From Nemertoderma westbladi (lineage: Eukaryota; Animalia; Xenacoelomorpha), in the NCBI GenBank assembly GCA_032718475.1, contig JAUCBJ010006397.1, positions 21,053-85,052 on the forward strand: a stretch of 64,000 bases of DNA. Reading direction: 5' to 3'. The stretch's first letter is position 1. Each line of letters begins with the position of its first letter. The position numbers and the translations under genes are program-made. The notes beneath the pieces were generated by a model that saw only the letters and a list, made by a program, of their open reading frames with translations, was not told the origin of the DNA and did not search any database. This document shows positions 40,690 to 52,618 of this stretch, in pieces.

Positions 40690-41400
40690 GAGGTTGATAA
40701 CATTCGAGATGATTTTTTGGTAATTTTGAATGTGACCCCAGGTCACGAAAAAAATACAAGTAGTGCACATATTATGATAACGAAAATTCACCTCAAAATC
40801 AAACTGATTTTATGACCATAAAGGGTTTTTTTGGGATGCTACAGTAATCACGAATATGAATCTGAAATATATCGAACCTTGGTGATTAGGGCATATTGGG
40901 ATATGTGTCAATTGACTGCACGAAAAATACGAATAATAAAAAATCATTACCAAATCAACCTGATTTTAAGGCATTATGGGTTTTCTTGGACGCTGATCAC
41001 GAATATGACACTCAAAAATATTGTATGATCCAACCAAATTTGATTTTTGCCGTTTGAAATTTTATGCTACTTATATTTTTCATCATACAAGACAAACACC
41101 AAAACCTGTAGTTGCGTTACCACGCATGATTTTTAACGAGTTGTATTGTGATCAGTGACCTTGAATACCAGTATAACTTCAGAATTACACAACCAAAAAA
41201 GGCAAAACTTTAAAGGTTTGTAATTTTTTGCTACTTGTACTTTTCTTTCTGGGGCACCAGAATGGCAACAAAATTGGGTTGCATTACCAAAAATATTTCT
41301 AACTAGTTTCAACGAGATCAGCGACCTCGAAAACACGTATACCTACAGAATTATTAAAACAAACACAACATGTTTTAGTTTGACATCTATTTACTTAATT
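40690..41400. repeat. Dispersed modular repeat, inverted copy at ~62440-63130
   Basis: For example, gatcagcgacctcgaaaacacgtatacct (~41316) is near reverse-complementary to aggtatacgggttttcgaggtcgtctgatc (~62478); several further blocks match. Confidence 0.7.
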
Positions 41401-42728
41401 AAATAAAAATCCGGGGTGGGAGTCCGTCCTCTTTACCCCCACCAACAGGGAGACCGCTGGGGCAGCGCCCTCACCCTCAGACCAAATTATAAACTTTACA
41501 ATTTGCGCGCACCATAGAAATTAAATTGCTGGATCCGCCTCTTACTGACACATGTAGTTCATAAATTTTTTATTTTAATTACATACTTACTCCCACTCGC
41601 CATAAAACAATACATCGATGATCAATCATTTGTTAGTCATGCGTGATGAACACAAACTAACATTTATATTATCAAATAAGATTACAAATGTGAGTAGGTA
41701 GGTAACCAAGGTAGCCATTCTTTTTTGTTATTAATTACACAACATAAATCATAATAATATTTACTTGGTAACAAAGTGTGTTTTATCAAATATTAAATAA
41801 TTTAATATAAAGAATATGAGAACGCCACTAATTCAATCTCAAATGTTTATTTATTAGACGTTTACCGGTTACCAATGTATTTATAATATTTTTACAAACA
41901 TAACAAACTGAATTATTTACCAATTTAGTAGGAAACTACACCATATCAATACAATTTATTACCGACATGTATATGATTGTTAAACACAAACTTTATCAAT
42001 TTGTAAAAATCAAATAAATTAAACAACGAACAGTTATTTATTAAGTTTTATAAAGTAAATTATTTTCATAAAAAAAATAAAATATGTCAATAAAAATAAC
42101 TTTCCATCAAATAAAAAAAAACGTGACAGTCTAAAATATTTAATTTTGGAAGAATTAAATAACCAGTTTAGTAAAATTAAAAAAGGCACTATATGTGGAA
42201 ATCAATACTGTAGTTACAGTACTAATTGTATTTTTGTTTCCCTCCAAATAACACATAAAATGCAAATAAAAAAACAAAAATATGCTCAACAATTACAGCA
42301 CACAGTAGGCTATTGTTTAATAAATTTTATGAACAGTGTTCGTAAAATATATCTATCATCGCTACCCGCAATGGTGCGCCGTTAGTTATTAAAATAGGAC
42401 TTAATATTATAGAAAAATTACACTTGCAAATGCTGACGACAAGTAAAATACTAAAATAATACAATGCACTGACAACAACGGTAATAAATCGAAGCAGAGA
42501 GATAATTATAGATTACGGAAAAATATAATTTTGTATATAAAAATGAAAATTATTCAAACTTAAATAGAGGTATTTACATCAAATAAATTCTCAAAAAAAA
42601 ATAATCAAAAAAAATTAACTATATAGAAGTATCAACTTTACGGGGTGGCAATTACACTTTATATTATTATAATAATATAATATCCGCAAATTACTTGCAA
42701 AATGAGTATATGTAGTGATAGTAATTAT

Positions 42729-43659
42729 TAGGGATGTGCCGGATTGACCATTTTCAAACCGGCCAGGCCGGAACCGGAGCCGGATTTGTAAAAAAATCAA
42801 TTTTTTATATATCACGATTTTTTTCCTCAATCAGCTATTGTACCTGTATGCATAATAAACTTAACTGGAGGAAGGGTACCGCGTAATTTGGTCCCTTGGG
42901 GCCAAATTAGGTACTGCGTCGACTGATACGGGACCTAACAACGCAGGACACATACCACCGGTAAGATCGCATTCACAGGACGAAAGTTTTCAGGTCCTAA
43001 TGACACAGAGAAAATATTAGAACATAACATAGAACGAAGTAATAATAGCTGTAGTTTTTTAAACTCTCTTGAGTTAAATTGGATTTACCAGAGTTTTTAA
43101 ATTGCCTGACTAATATATAAACTGGTCATCCACGATCTTAATTCAATCAACGTTTTCGCGCTGAGACAAACAATATAATAATTATTGACTAGTTATAATT
43201 TCTGTATGGGTATACGTACGTGTACTATTATACAATAATACATATTAAATGTTAGTGAGGCTGAGCCCAACCAAATACAAATATTATTGGCAAAAAATAG
43301 TCAGTCAGCTCAGCATGTAGATAGTCATAAAATGATATCTGCTAATAAAATCTACTTTAGACTCTTGCTTTAGATATTCATAATATGAATGAATATGATA
43401 CGAACTATGAAATAAATTGTCTTTTATTCCATTGTATTTGCTTATTTTATTTATTTAATTTGTTTAAATTTGTTAGAATTTAAAAGAAAATTTGTTTGAT
43501 GTTTGATGAATCTACATTAATTTTGTCATAAATTTTGTCAACAATTCGTTGAAATTGAAATCCGGCCAAAAAATTGAAATCCGGTCGGAGCCGGAACCGG
43601 ATTTTTTTCCCAAAATCCGGCGGGAATTCCGGCCCGGCCGGATATCCGGCACATCCCTA
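42729..43659. mobile_element. hAT-superfamily MITE
   Basis: TIR TAGGGATGTGCCGGAT / ATCCGGCACATCCCTA, subterminal CCGG repeats, 8-bp TSD GTAATTAT (42721-42728 and 43660-43667). Confidence 0.9.
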
Positions 43660-43833
43660 GTAATTATATACCAATTGTAGATATAATTTTACTTTAATTA
43701 TATGGAAATTAAATCTTATATAAAGTTCACACAGTAAGAAGTGATGAATCAGTTTTAAGATAAAAACCACAGACAAAGGAAGTACAGTATCATTCGAATA
43801 AAATATATTTTATATAAAACACATAAAATTAAT

Positions 43834-46800
43834 TTACAAAAACCCATCAAACATATTCTTAAGGTTATCATAGTCATTCTCATTATCATCCTTGCATTCG
43901 TGAGTTAACGTGTACATGTTGGCCCAACTAATTCTAGGCATTCTCTGATCACATTCTATATTCTGTTTGGAATCACCAGGAACAGTCTGTTTATTATTCA
44001 CTGTGTGTTTACTAGGTAATTCCGAGGCGAACACAAAATCTAACTTCGAAGATGCTTTTGATGTAGGCCTAGATAATGCAGTGGAAGATGATATTTCTCT
44101 ACTCGCTATACCATCTGCCGTAAAGGAAGATGATATTGTTTTGTTCTCTAAGCCTTTGATTTCTTGCATTGGCACCTTTTTCAATATAGAGGAAACGGTA
44201 TCTGAGATAATCACGTTAGCTTTAGATATAGAATGAAACCCATTTGCGTCATCTCTTATCAGAGCACTGGATGAGCTGCTACCCTTTCCGTAATATGTTT
44301 TATCTGATGAGCGAAGTTCATTACAATCAGTATCATATCCTGCTCTCATTGTGTTATCTACGGCCGAGTCTGCCATTGCATTATACTGTATGATAGTGTC
44401 CCTTGTGACCTGACCTATTTGTGGTTCTTTTCTCACCAACTCCAAAGCGGTAGATTTGCTACCTGTAGGTGCAATATTTCGATCTGGCTGTCTAAAATTA
44501 CTTGCTGATGAGCTAATTGTCGCCTTGTTTGAGATATAGTCTATAGATAGCCTATCAATATTCCGATTGTGGACATTCACTTCTCCAATATCACCAGAAT
44601 CATTCAGTGTCGCTTGGAGGTTTGAACTCAATGTGGCTACAGCCCCTTTGGTTGACGAGGTTATTCGTTTCTGTACACTGGTGTCGATATGCTTGTTTTT
44701 GAAGAAAGGGAACTGATCATTATTTTTACCTTTAATCTTGTGAACAGGTTGAATGTAACCAAACAATCCGGGAAGCATTGTGCTATCATTTACCGCCTTA
44801 TTCCTAAAGAGATTCGTCGGCTCCACTTTCTTTCTTTCAGTTCTGCGACTAATTGTAGCTGTGCTACAATCACCTTTACCAAATTGCATCATCTTTCTTC
44901 TTGCTTCATAAAACCATTCATCCCCAAGACTGGAATCATCAGTTATTGGTGATGGTTTTGGTTTAGGAAATGTCGATTGTTCAACATTTTCAATTTCATG
45001 CGACATTCTATTGATTCCAATATAAGACTGAGAAGTTGTAACTTGAGCAGCTGTTGTTGTAGTTTGCTCAAATTGATCTGGAATAAGTTGTCGGTGTTTA
45101 TTGCTAATGGAGGTATCACTAAGAGGCGACTTTCCGATAAATTTAAAGTATGATTGATTTGAATTCTTTTTTCTGGTAACTTTATCTGGCATATCAATTT
45201 CCTGAACAGGTTTACCATTAGGTTTCAGAAAACCTTTATCTGTAATACTATTTGTAAGGGCCAGTGCTCTATCTGAAGGTAAAGACAATACAGGACTGTT
45301 TCTTAATTTGTCATCAATTATTCCTGATGAACCTGCACTCATACATATGTTTTCATTCAAGTTTGGTTTCTTGTTTTCATGACAATACCTATCAACAAAT
45401 GCTCCAATGGGATCCGAAGAAGTTGATTCACAATAATAGCCCATACCAGAGCGAATACCTTGATGCAATTTTCGCTTTTGTGGTAAAGTAACAGGATCAT
45501 GAAAATTATCACCATTGGTATACATTAGATGCAATGACTTGTCTTTTAAGGCACTTTGATAACCATTGCTAAAACGGTTTTGTATCTCCGGATTTTCATT
45601 TTTGAAGTAACAGTCAGATTGATGTCTTGTGTCTTCTTCTGGTGTGGTTGATGGGAACAAGTAATCACCATCTTGTACCATTTGAAAATTGTTGCAGGAA
45701 TTTTGATTTGTATCGCAATGTGAAACAGCTTTTGTTGTAGTGCAATGGGCATTTGAAGATGCATCTTCCTCAAAATCACTGTCAGAATTAAAGTTACTTG
45801 CAAGCCACATATTTTCCTCAGATATGGAAAATCCATCTGTTGTTGAACTAGAATATTTGCCCGATGAAGGGCATGCCGAGGATGATTTGGAAGAGCTAGT
45901 ATTGCCTCGTGCAGCATTTTGAGAATAAAAATAAGATGATGTATTAGCTGCTTGGGAACATCTTCTTCTAGATGGGTTCATTACACCAACCTTACAACAC
46001 ATATGGGCACATAATAGTTTGTTACCACATTTATGCTGACAGGGAACTTTGGTTTGGGTGCTACCTACGCCATCCAGGGCATTAGTATCAGGATTTCTGG
46101 AAGGTGTACTTAACACTTTTCTCCTCGTGCCAGTAACTTGGTCATGCTGATAACTTGACTCTGTAGATATGATCTTGTACCCAGGATAAAACGGAGTGAA
46201 TGTGTTCTCCACATCAACTCCAACACCACCATTACTAATTAGACTGATAGTGAGTTTATGTTGATGTTCATTATGAGGTCGACAAACACGAAGCTCAGAC
46301 ACAAACTCACCATTTCGCTGACACAGCTGGCTATCAGTTATCCTCTGTGAATACAGTACATCATTATTGTTGTCACCAACCAATAACTGTGAGGAATGGT
46401 CCTTACCAAAAGTGTTTAACTCAAGAATATCATAGTGGTTCACAAGTTTAACAATAATGGTCAGGTGAGAAAATCTGGAATCATACTTGTCAGATTGATT
46501 GACTTGGAGACTATATTTCGGCACATGTAATAGTTGTTCTCTTAACTTGTTCCCAAAAGGTGGTCGTCTATTAACAATTAGTTCTATTTCCCGAGCATTT
46601 TTCTCCTGCAATTTGGAAAAAGATGTAAGACCAGCATTCACTAACAAGTTGGCAAGAATATTGCCAATACCTTTTAGCTGCAAAGAAGAATACATGCTAT
46701 TCTCCCATAATTTACACCGAACACATTTCATAAGAATAAGAGAGTTATGGATAAGTGCATAGTTGCCAACTTTTGGCCTGAGAACAGAACATTCATATAT

Positions 46801-49632
46801 ACACTTGGTAAGACGCTGAGAAACTCTGATTATCTTCATGGCATCTTGCAGTAATGAAAATTCATCAATTGCTAATGTTCCAAATGTAGCTTGAATGAGG
46901 CAGTTAACTTTCATATCAGAGCTTTTAATTTTACCTTTCAAAGGAAACCGTAATCCACCATTTTGTGCAACAGATTTATTTAATGCATTCAAGATCCGAC
47001 GTTCAGTCATTCGTAATTTCACATCTTGTAGTTCCTTGCATTTACTAATAAGATCAATTATATCAAATAAAGTTGCTTTACCACTCATCTGCAATATTTC
47101 TCTCATTGTTGAAAAGGAGATACAATGACGATTCATTAGTTTCCCTTTTTCTGTTGGATGTACATCAATTGCAAGTTCACCATATCTTTTAACCAAATCA
47201 ATGTTTTCCAGTTTCCCAATATTATTATTGCATAATGCTATCAAATGTTCATCAAGAGCTTTACCAAAAGTTTTCATATTATAATAAGCAGGATTTTTAC
47301 TGGCACGAACAAACAAGAATGTACATTTAATCCAGTTTAGTGCACTTAGTTCATCAGTAATTGTGCGAAGACATATTTCTGCATTAATATGTTCAATAAG
47401 GTTATTGTGTAAGCTCGATTCGATAACTTGCTTTCCTGTCACCAAAGCTTCAAATTTTTGTTTAAATGTCGTTTTTGTTAGGATTACAGCTGTAGCAGTA
47501 GTATCAAACTGCGGACGACCAGCTCTGCCAACCATTTGTAGAACTTGCGTCTCTGTATATTCTTGGTAAATTCCTTGAACATAATATGATGTGCCTTTGA
47601 CTATCACTAGATGTGCAGGTAAATTAACTCCCATAGCTAATGTCGAAGTGCATATAAGGACTGGCAATTCACCTTTCAAGAACAAATCTTCGATGACACT
47701 TCTGTCTTGCAGATCCAATCCAGCATGGTGATATCCAATACCTGTATTAGTAATTAGTTGTTGCAAAGCCAAGTCCTTTAGCATATTTGCTGCTCTCTTC
47801 AAATATTGATGATGGTCTGCAGATCCTACATATTTTGCCTGTTTGGATAAAATTTGAGCTGCTTGTTGTGCTGATTTTCTTGTAGAACAGAAGATTAGTG
47901 TTGGCTTTCCATGACCATATTCTTGAATAATTGTGTTCAGTTTGTAGCTGAGATTCATATCAAACTTAAATTCAGAGCAATTCGCAGCATAGGGGTATCC
48001 CAACACAACTTTCCTTAAATGCACAGGTCGATAGGATTCATCATAAGTTTGGTGTTCTGCAGCCCCCGATTTGTTACTGAACCATTCAGCTACATCCTCA
48101 ATATTGGGGATAGTGGCTGACACCGCTATAAACCGTAGGCCATCAGAATTTCCAGCCATGTGAACAGTTTTCATTCTACTGATTACAACCTCTACTGTAC
48201 TCCCTCTGTTCTCATCATTCAAAACATGAACCTCATCAACTAGAAACAATTTAATTGATTGCATCAGGGATTGATTATCCCTCCATCGGCGCGATACACT
48301 ATCCCATTTCTCTGGAGTGGTGCAAATAATATTACTCTGGGTAATAATAGAATGATCGTCCGTTATAGTATCACCAGTTAATTCAGAGACATTGATATCC
48401 TGAATTTGTGAAAACTTTGCTGACCAATCTTTGGCACGTTCGCTGCATAGCGCTTTCATTGGTGCCATGTAGACAATGCGAAGCCTTGATGAATTCGGAG
48501 CACTTAGAAGCTTCACAATTGCCACTTCTAACAAAACGGTTTTCCCACTTCCAGTTGGAGCAGACACTACCAACGATTTGTCAGTATATAGTATAGTGTC
48601 GAGAGTAGAACTCTGAACAATGTTAAAATAAATAAATTCCTTAAAAACTGATCTAAAAGTAACAGGTATTTCTTCAATAGGGCGAAGATTATGTGTTTGT
48701 TCAGTACCACCAGGGGTTTTCCTAACAAGATTTAGATTTCCATCACAAAGTTCATCATCACAGGGGAAATTCATATCTGAGAAATAATTCAAATCATTTT
48801 GTGTAGTGAAATCCAAATCACCATCAGCATTATACATTGATGGGTTAAGATTATTGTCTCTGTAGTGACCAACTGGAGTTGGTTTCCCTCTATTAGCAAC
48901 ATTTGGTATATTTAAATTGTCTGTGCTATTATAGATATTTGGAAACAAATTATCGTTATTTATTGCAGATATAGACGTTGTTGGTTCTGCCATATTTACA
49001 TGGTATGGCATAGTTGTTCTATAATTTGGTAATTTATAATTAGATGTCCGGTTTTGTGGCTGTACTGCATCACTAAATGTGTTTGAAAAAGCAAGGGGTC
49101 CTTGAGTCAATTTGGGTATATCAAGTTTCAATCCTGATGCCAACTCAATGTCATCATCATCAGATGGACTCCAATTTTGGTTATCAGAAAGAAATAAGGG
49201 ATCACTATTGCCACAGTGAATATCAAAGGATCCATTTGACTGCATTCGATTTAATTCAAGTGAAGGATCGACTTGATAGTTGTTTATAGGATGACGGGAT
49301 GAATGGAATACAGCTGCAGTCCTTGGAGACCAATCGAAATCAGAGAGTTCATCTTCATTCACACCATAAAATAAAGAGATAGGAGTATCTACAGGGCTTT
49401 TTGGAGAACGTATGTTATAGTTATCACCTACTGCAACCGAATCACAATTTAATATGTTATTCATCACATTTGGTTTGGCAATAATTTGGTTTGGTTGATG
49501 ATGTTTTTCAGGAATTATATCTTCTTGGGACATCTGAGAAAACGTTTCTGCACCAGGAACCATCTGGGGCAGATCAGTTACCTTCTTCCATTCAAACCTT
49601 TTGACGGGTGGGATAAAACCCCTATTAGCCAT
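43834..49632 (-). CDS. HFM1: ATP-dependent DNA helicase HFM1/MER3 (Ski2-like DExH helicase, Sec63 domain, C-terminal Zn finger), 1932 aa, intronless
   Basis: APTGSGKT, TTPEKWD, DEVH, SATIPN, HHAGL, TSTLAMGVNLPAHLV, QMVGRAGRPQFD, Sec63 region, CQHKCGNKLLCAHMCCK. Confidence 0.93.
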   Translation of the reverse strand: MANRGFIPPVKRFEWKKVTDLPQMVPGAETFSQMSQEDIIPEKHHQPNQIIAKPNVMNNILNCDSVAVGDNYNIRSPKSPVDTPISLFYGVNEDELSDFDWSPRTAAVFHSSRHPINNYQVDPSLELNRMQSNGSFDIHCGNSDPLFLSDNQNWSPSDDDDIELASGLKLDIPKLTQGPLAFSNTFSDAVQPQNRTSNYKLPNYRTTMPYHVNMAEPTTSISAINNDNLFPNIYNSTDNLNIPNVANRGKPTPVGHYRDNNLNPSMYNADGDLDFTTQNDLNYFSDMNFPCDDELCDGNLNLVRKTPGGTEQTHNLRPIEEIPVTFRSVFKEFIYFNIVQSSTLDTILYTDKSLVVSAPTGSGKTVLLEVAIVKLLSAPNSSRLRIVYMAPMKALCSERAKDWSAKFSQIQDINVSELTGDTITDDHSIITQSNIICTTPEKWDSVSRRWRDNQSLMQSIKLFLVDEVHVLNDENRGSTVEVVISRMKTVHMAGNSDGLRFIAVSATIPNIEDVAEWFSNKSGAAEHQTYDESYRPVHLRKVVLGYPYAANCSEFKFDMNLSYKLNTIIQEYGHGKPTLIFCSTRKSAQQAAQILSKQAKYVGSADHHQYLKRAANMLKDLALQQLITNTGIGYHHAGLDLQDRSVIEDLFLKGELPVLICTSTLAMGVNLPAHLVIVKGTSYYVQGIYQEYTETQVLQMVGRAGRPQFDTTATAVILTKTTFKQKFEALVTGKQVIESSLHNNLIEHINAEICLRTITDELSALNWIKCTFLFVRASKNPAYYNMKTFGKALDEHLIALCNNNIGKLENIDLVKRYGELAIDVHPTEKGKLMNRHCISFSTMREILQMSGKATLFDIIDLISKCKELQDVKLRMTERRILNALNKSVAQNGGLRFPLKGKIKSSDMKVNCLIQATFGTLAIDEFSLLQDAMKIIRVSQRLTKCIYECSVLRPKVGNYALIHNSLILMKCVRCKLWENSMYSSLQLKGIGNILANLLVNAGLTSFSKLQEKNAREIELIVNRRPPFGNKLREQLLHVPKYSLQVNQSDKYDSRFSHLTIIVKLVNHYDILELNTFGKDHSSQLLVGDNNNDVLYSQRITDSQLCQRNGEFVSELRVCRPHNEHQHKLTISLISNGGVGVDVENTFTPFYPGYKIISTESSYQHDQVTGTRRKVLSTPSRNPDTNALDGVGSTQTKVPCQHKCGNKLLCAHMCCKVGVMNPSRRRCSQAANTSSYFYSQNAARGNTSSSKSSSACPSSGKYSSSTTDGFSISEENMWLASNFNSDSDFEEDASSNAHCTTTKAVSHCDTNQNSCNNFQMVQDGDYLFPSTTPEEDTRHQSDCYFKNENPEIQNRFSNGYQSALKDKSLHLMYTNGDNFHDPVTLPQKRKLHQGIRSGMGYYCESTSSDPIGAFVDRYCHENKKPNLNENICMSAGSSGIIDDKLRNSPVLSLPSDRALALTNSITDKGFLKPNGKPVQEIDMPDKVTRKKNSNQSYFKFIGKSPLSDTSISNKHRQLIPDQFEQTTTTAAQVTTSQSYIGINRMSHEIENVEQSTFPKPKPSPITDDSSLGDEWFYEARRKMMQFGKGDCSTATISRRTERKKVEPTNLFRNKAVNDSTMLPGLFGYIQPVHKIKGKNNDQFPFFKNKHIDTSVQKRITSSTKGAVATLSSNLQATLNDSGDIGEVNVHNRNIDRLSIDYISNKATISSSASNFRQPDRNIAPTGSKSTALELVRKEPQIGQVTRDTIIQYNAMADSAVDNTMRAGYDTDCNELRSSDKTYYGKGSSSSSALIRDDANGFHSISKANVIISDTVSSILKKVPMQEIKGLENKTISSSFTADGIASREISSSTALSRPTSKASSKLDFVFASELPSKHTVNNKQTVPGDSKQNIECDQRMPRISWANMYTLTHECKDDNENDYDNLKNMFDGFL

Positions 49633-50911
49633 AATTATAAATAAATAAAACCTTCACATTTTCAAGTTCGTATTTTAGCCAAGGCCTACATATTATAATC
49701 TCCACATTCATTTGCTACATAGAACATCATTCACAAAATATTTTACCGTATATTATAGGCCTACTGTATATACCTATCCTTATGTCAGTAATATTACAAG
49801 ACATAAAATGCTGAAATGTAATCCAGAAGAATAAGCTGTGGAATTCTCTTTAAAGAACATACTGTAGGTGTAGGGCACTGAAACTGAAATCCAAAACTGA
49901 ATTAGTTGAAATTAATATTATTATTAAATTTGGCAAACAAAAAATTACAGTAAACTGGTACCAGTAAGCCTAAATAGTTAATTCATTTTTTTTAACATGC
50001 AAAACAAAAATGGGATGGAGAAGATACAAAAAATACAATGATTCAAAATAAACAAATGTGTATAAGTATAGAGTTAGAGCAATACGAATGAGTAAGATAG
50101 GGGGAGGGGCCTAGTTAAATACTGTATAGTTAAGCGCTATAGTTAATACAATGGTGTATTGGAGGTGGCTGGCCGGGAAGACACATTACGCCAACCACTC
50201 CACTACTACTGTAACTGTACTTTACAATTAATAATCATAGAGTGAGAGTCTAACTAGTAAATAAATAAATAGAATGAGTAAATTAGGTAGGCCTAGCCCT
50301 AATGTCAATCATTATTTAAGTCATTGCGAAAACAAAAATACAAAATACAGTAGTAGGCCTTTAAGCAGAAATATCCTACAATATTAACTGTAGGCCTACA
50401 TAAATAGAGTAAGGCCTACATAAATATAGTAAGGCCTACTGTATGAAGGCCTACTGAACTGCAGCTGTATGGTATGGGTATGGGTACACAGGCCCATATA
50501 GTTTTTGAAATGGCAGTGATTTATTATGTCCTTTTATTTGACTTTTTTGTCCTCCTTTTTTTACGAATTGTGCATAATGACCTTTGTTGTCCTTTTAATG
50601 ACTTTTGTTGTCCTTTTAATGACTTTTTATGTATGTATTTCTTCAAACTGTCAGACTGCTGATTTCTGGACTGTCAGACAGTTGATTTCAACATGCCTAT
50701 GCCAAAACATTCAAAATTTGTTGATTTCTGGTATGTCGGACAGTTGGTTTCACTATGCCTGTGCCAAAACATTCCATGATTCCATGATTGATAGAATTCC
50801 ATATGCGCCTGTGGTAAAAGACTCTAAATTTAATAGTTTGTGGTTGTTGTCGATAATCGATTTACCACATGACGTAGCAAAACACTCATTTTATAGCCAA
50901 AAACAATTACC

Positions 50912-51257
50912 AATTGATGGAAAGGAGCAGGTTAAGGCCGGATTTTCTAACCAAAACAATAAACAGTCGCTTTACAAAATCAGGGAAAGGAGCAGGTTAC
51001 AGAGGCGGGATTTTCTAACCAAAACAATAAACGATCATTTAACTAATTGAGGGAAAGGAGCAGGTTACAGAGACGGGATTTTCTATCCAAAACAATAAAC
51101 GATCACTTAACTAATTGAGGTAAAGGAGCAGGTTACAGAGGCGGGATTTTCTAACCAAAACAATAAACGATCATTTAACTAATTGAGGGAAAGGGGCAGG
51201 TTACAGAGGCGGGGGAAAGGAGCAGGCTACAGAGGCGGGATTTTCTAACCAAAACAA
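50912..51257 (+). repeat. ~68-bp tandem repeat (~5 units); monomers of the same motif are dispersed across the window
   Basis: AATTGAGGGAAAGGAGCAGGTTAC-N12-TTCTAACCAAAACAATAAACG; unit starts at 51045, 51113 and 51181 (period 68). Confidence 0.9.
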
Positions 51258-51974
51258 CCGGTCAGCCGTTAGGCCTACCAGTACCGTATTTAAATGGTAG
51301 GCTACACAGTAGGCCTACAGCAGTACCGGTGCCGGTACCGGTACTAAAATACAGAAATACCTGCTTTATACCTACATCTGTGCATACAATACCAGAATAC
51401 AGCAAAATAGTGCTATATATACTAATACCGGTACTGATAGCCTGAGAGAACAGCAGTAGAGAAATCGGTAGCATGGAACCTAACATTAGATTTTTGGAGG
51501 ACATAAAAAATAAAAAAAAGGACAAAAAAAGGATTTAAACGGACAATAAAAATTATTGCGTTTTGAAGTACGGTTCGCACCTTGCTACACTGGGTGATAG
51601 ATACTACTACGGTACTGCAGTACTGTACGGTAATTACAATAGGCCTACAGTAATTCTCAACGCTTAAAAAGTGAATGATTAGACCTCAGACTAACTGACT
51701 AAGCTAAATACAGTATACAGTGCAGTGCCACCAGTAAAATCAGTGGTCATGCATGGTCAGTGTCATTCTATTAATTACAGTAATCCTTTATCAACATTCT
51801 TGATACCGGTAGTGCTGTAGTGCAAAAGTCAGGTAGTAGTACAACATTTATATTTGTACATATTTACTTTCACTTACCGTAAAGTGCATAAGTATAGTAG
51901 GCCACTGCGAAATACCGATAGGCCTACAATTACAATACTGTAGGTAGGCCTTGGTTAGATTAGGACTTACCGCG

Positions 51975-52618
51975 GGTACGTACTAAAAGGTAGAACGATC
52001 TATAACGGGCTATAACGATCTATAACGGGCTATAACTTCCCCATAACAAGCTATAACCACCTACAGTATAACGAGCTATAATCTGAAAATTTACAATAAA
52101 AAAACCTATTTTAGAATGGATTTATTATCCTAGTCAGTAATTTAATTACGCAATTTGGTTTTTTAGTCCATAATGCCTCATCATCTTTGTGGTATCACGA
52201 AATCAGTCATTACTGCATTAGTTAGCATGCCACTACTGCATTATCTGACTTTCAGACAGTGCAGCAGAGGAGAGGTCTCTCATCTCTCTGTCTATCCTCC
52301 ATCCTGCTATATCCGCTGCCAGCTTCTGGTCGATATAGAATACAGGAATGTTAGCAATATAGGCCAATAAAAAAAAGTTACCGCTATCAATTAGGCATAG
52401 GCAGATCCAGATAGGCCTACCCTAATTTTTAACCTGCGGGATTTTTCAGACCACCGTGTTAATCCAAAAGTTAAACACACCCAAGGGGCGTTTTTTTAAT
52501 GTAAATTTTAATACAGTATTATAGCTCGTTATAGGTGGTTAGCCTGTTTATAGGAAATTATAGCCCGTTATAGATCGTTATAGCCCGTTATAGATCGTTC
52601 TACCTTTTAGTACGTACC
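51975..52618. mobile_element. MITE with ~110-bp TIRs and 9-bp TSD (Mutator- or Merlin-like)
   Basis: TIR GGTACGTACTAAAAGGTAGAACGATCTATAACGGGCTATAAC...; TSD CTTACCGCG at 51966-51974 and 52619-52627. Confidence 0.85.

Noticed and set aside
39443-41543. Single 2.1-kb element bounded by CAGGCGCGGATCCA / CTGGATCCGCCTCT
   Set aside because: The ends are hAT-like but imperfect and no TSD is preserved, so the boundaries cannot be supported.
50912-51257. CRISPR-like repeat-spacer pattern
   Set aside because: The variable part is only 12 nt and nearly identical within this array; it is an ordinary tandem repeat.
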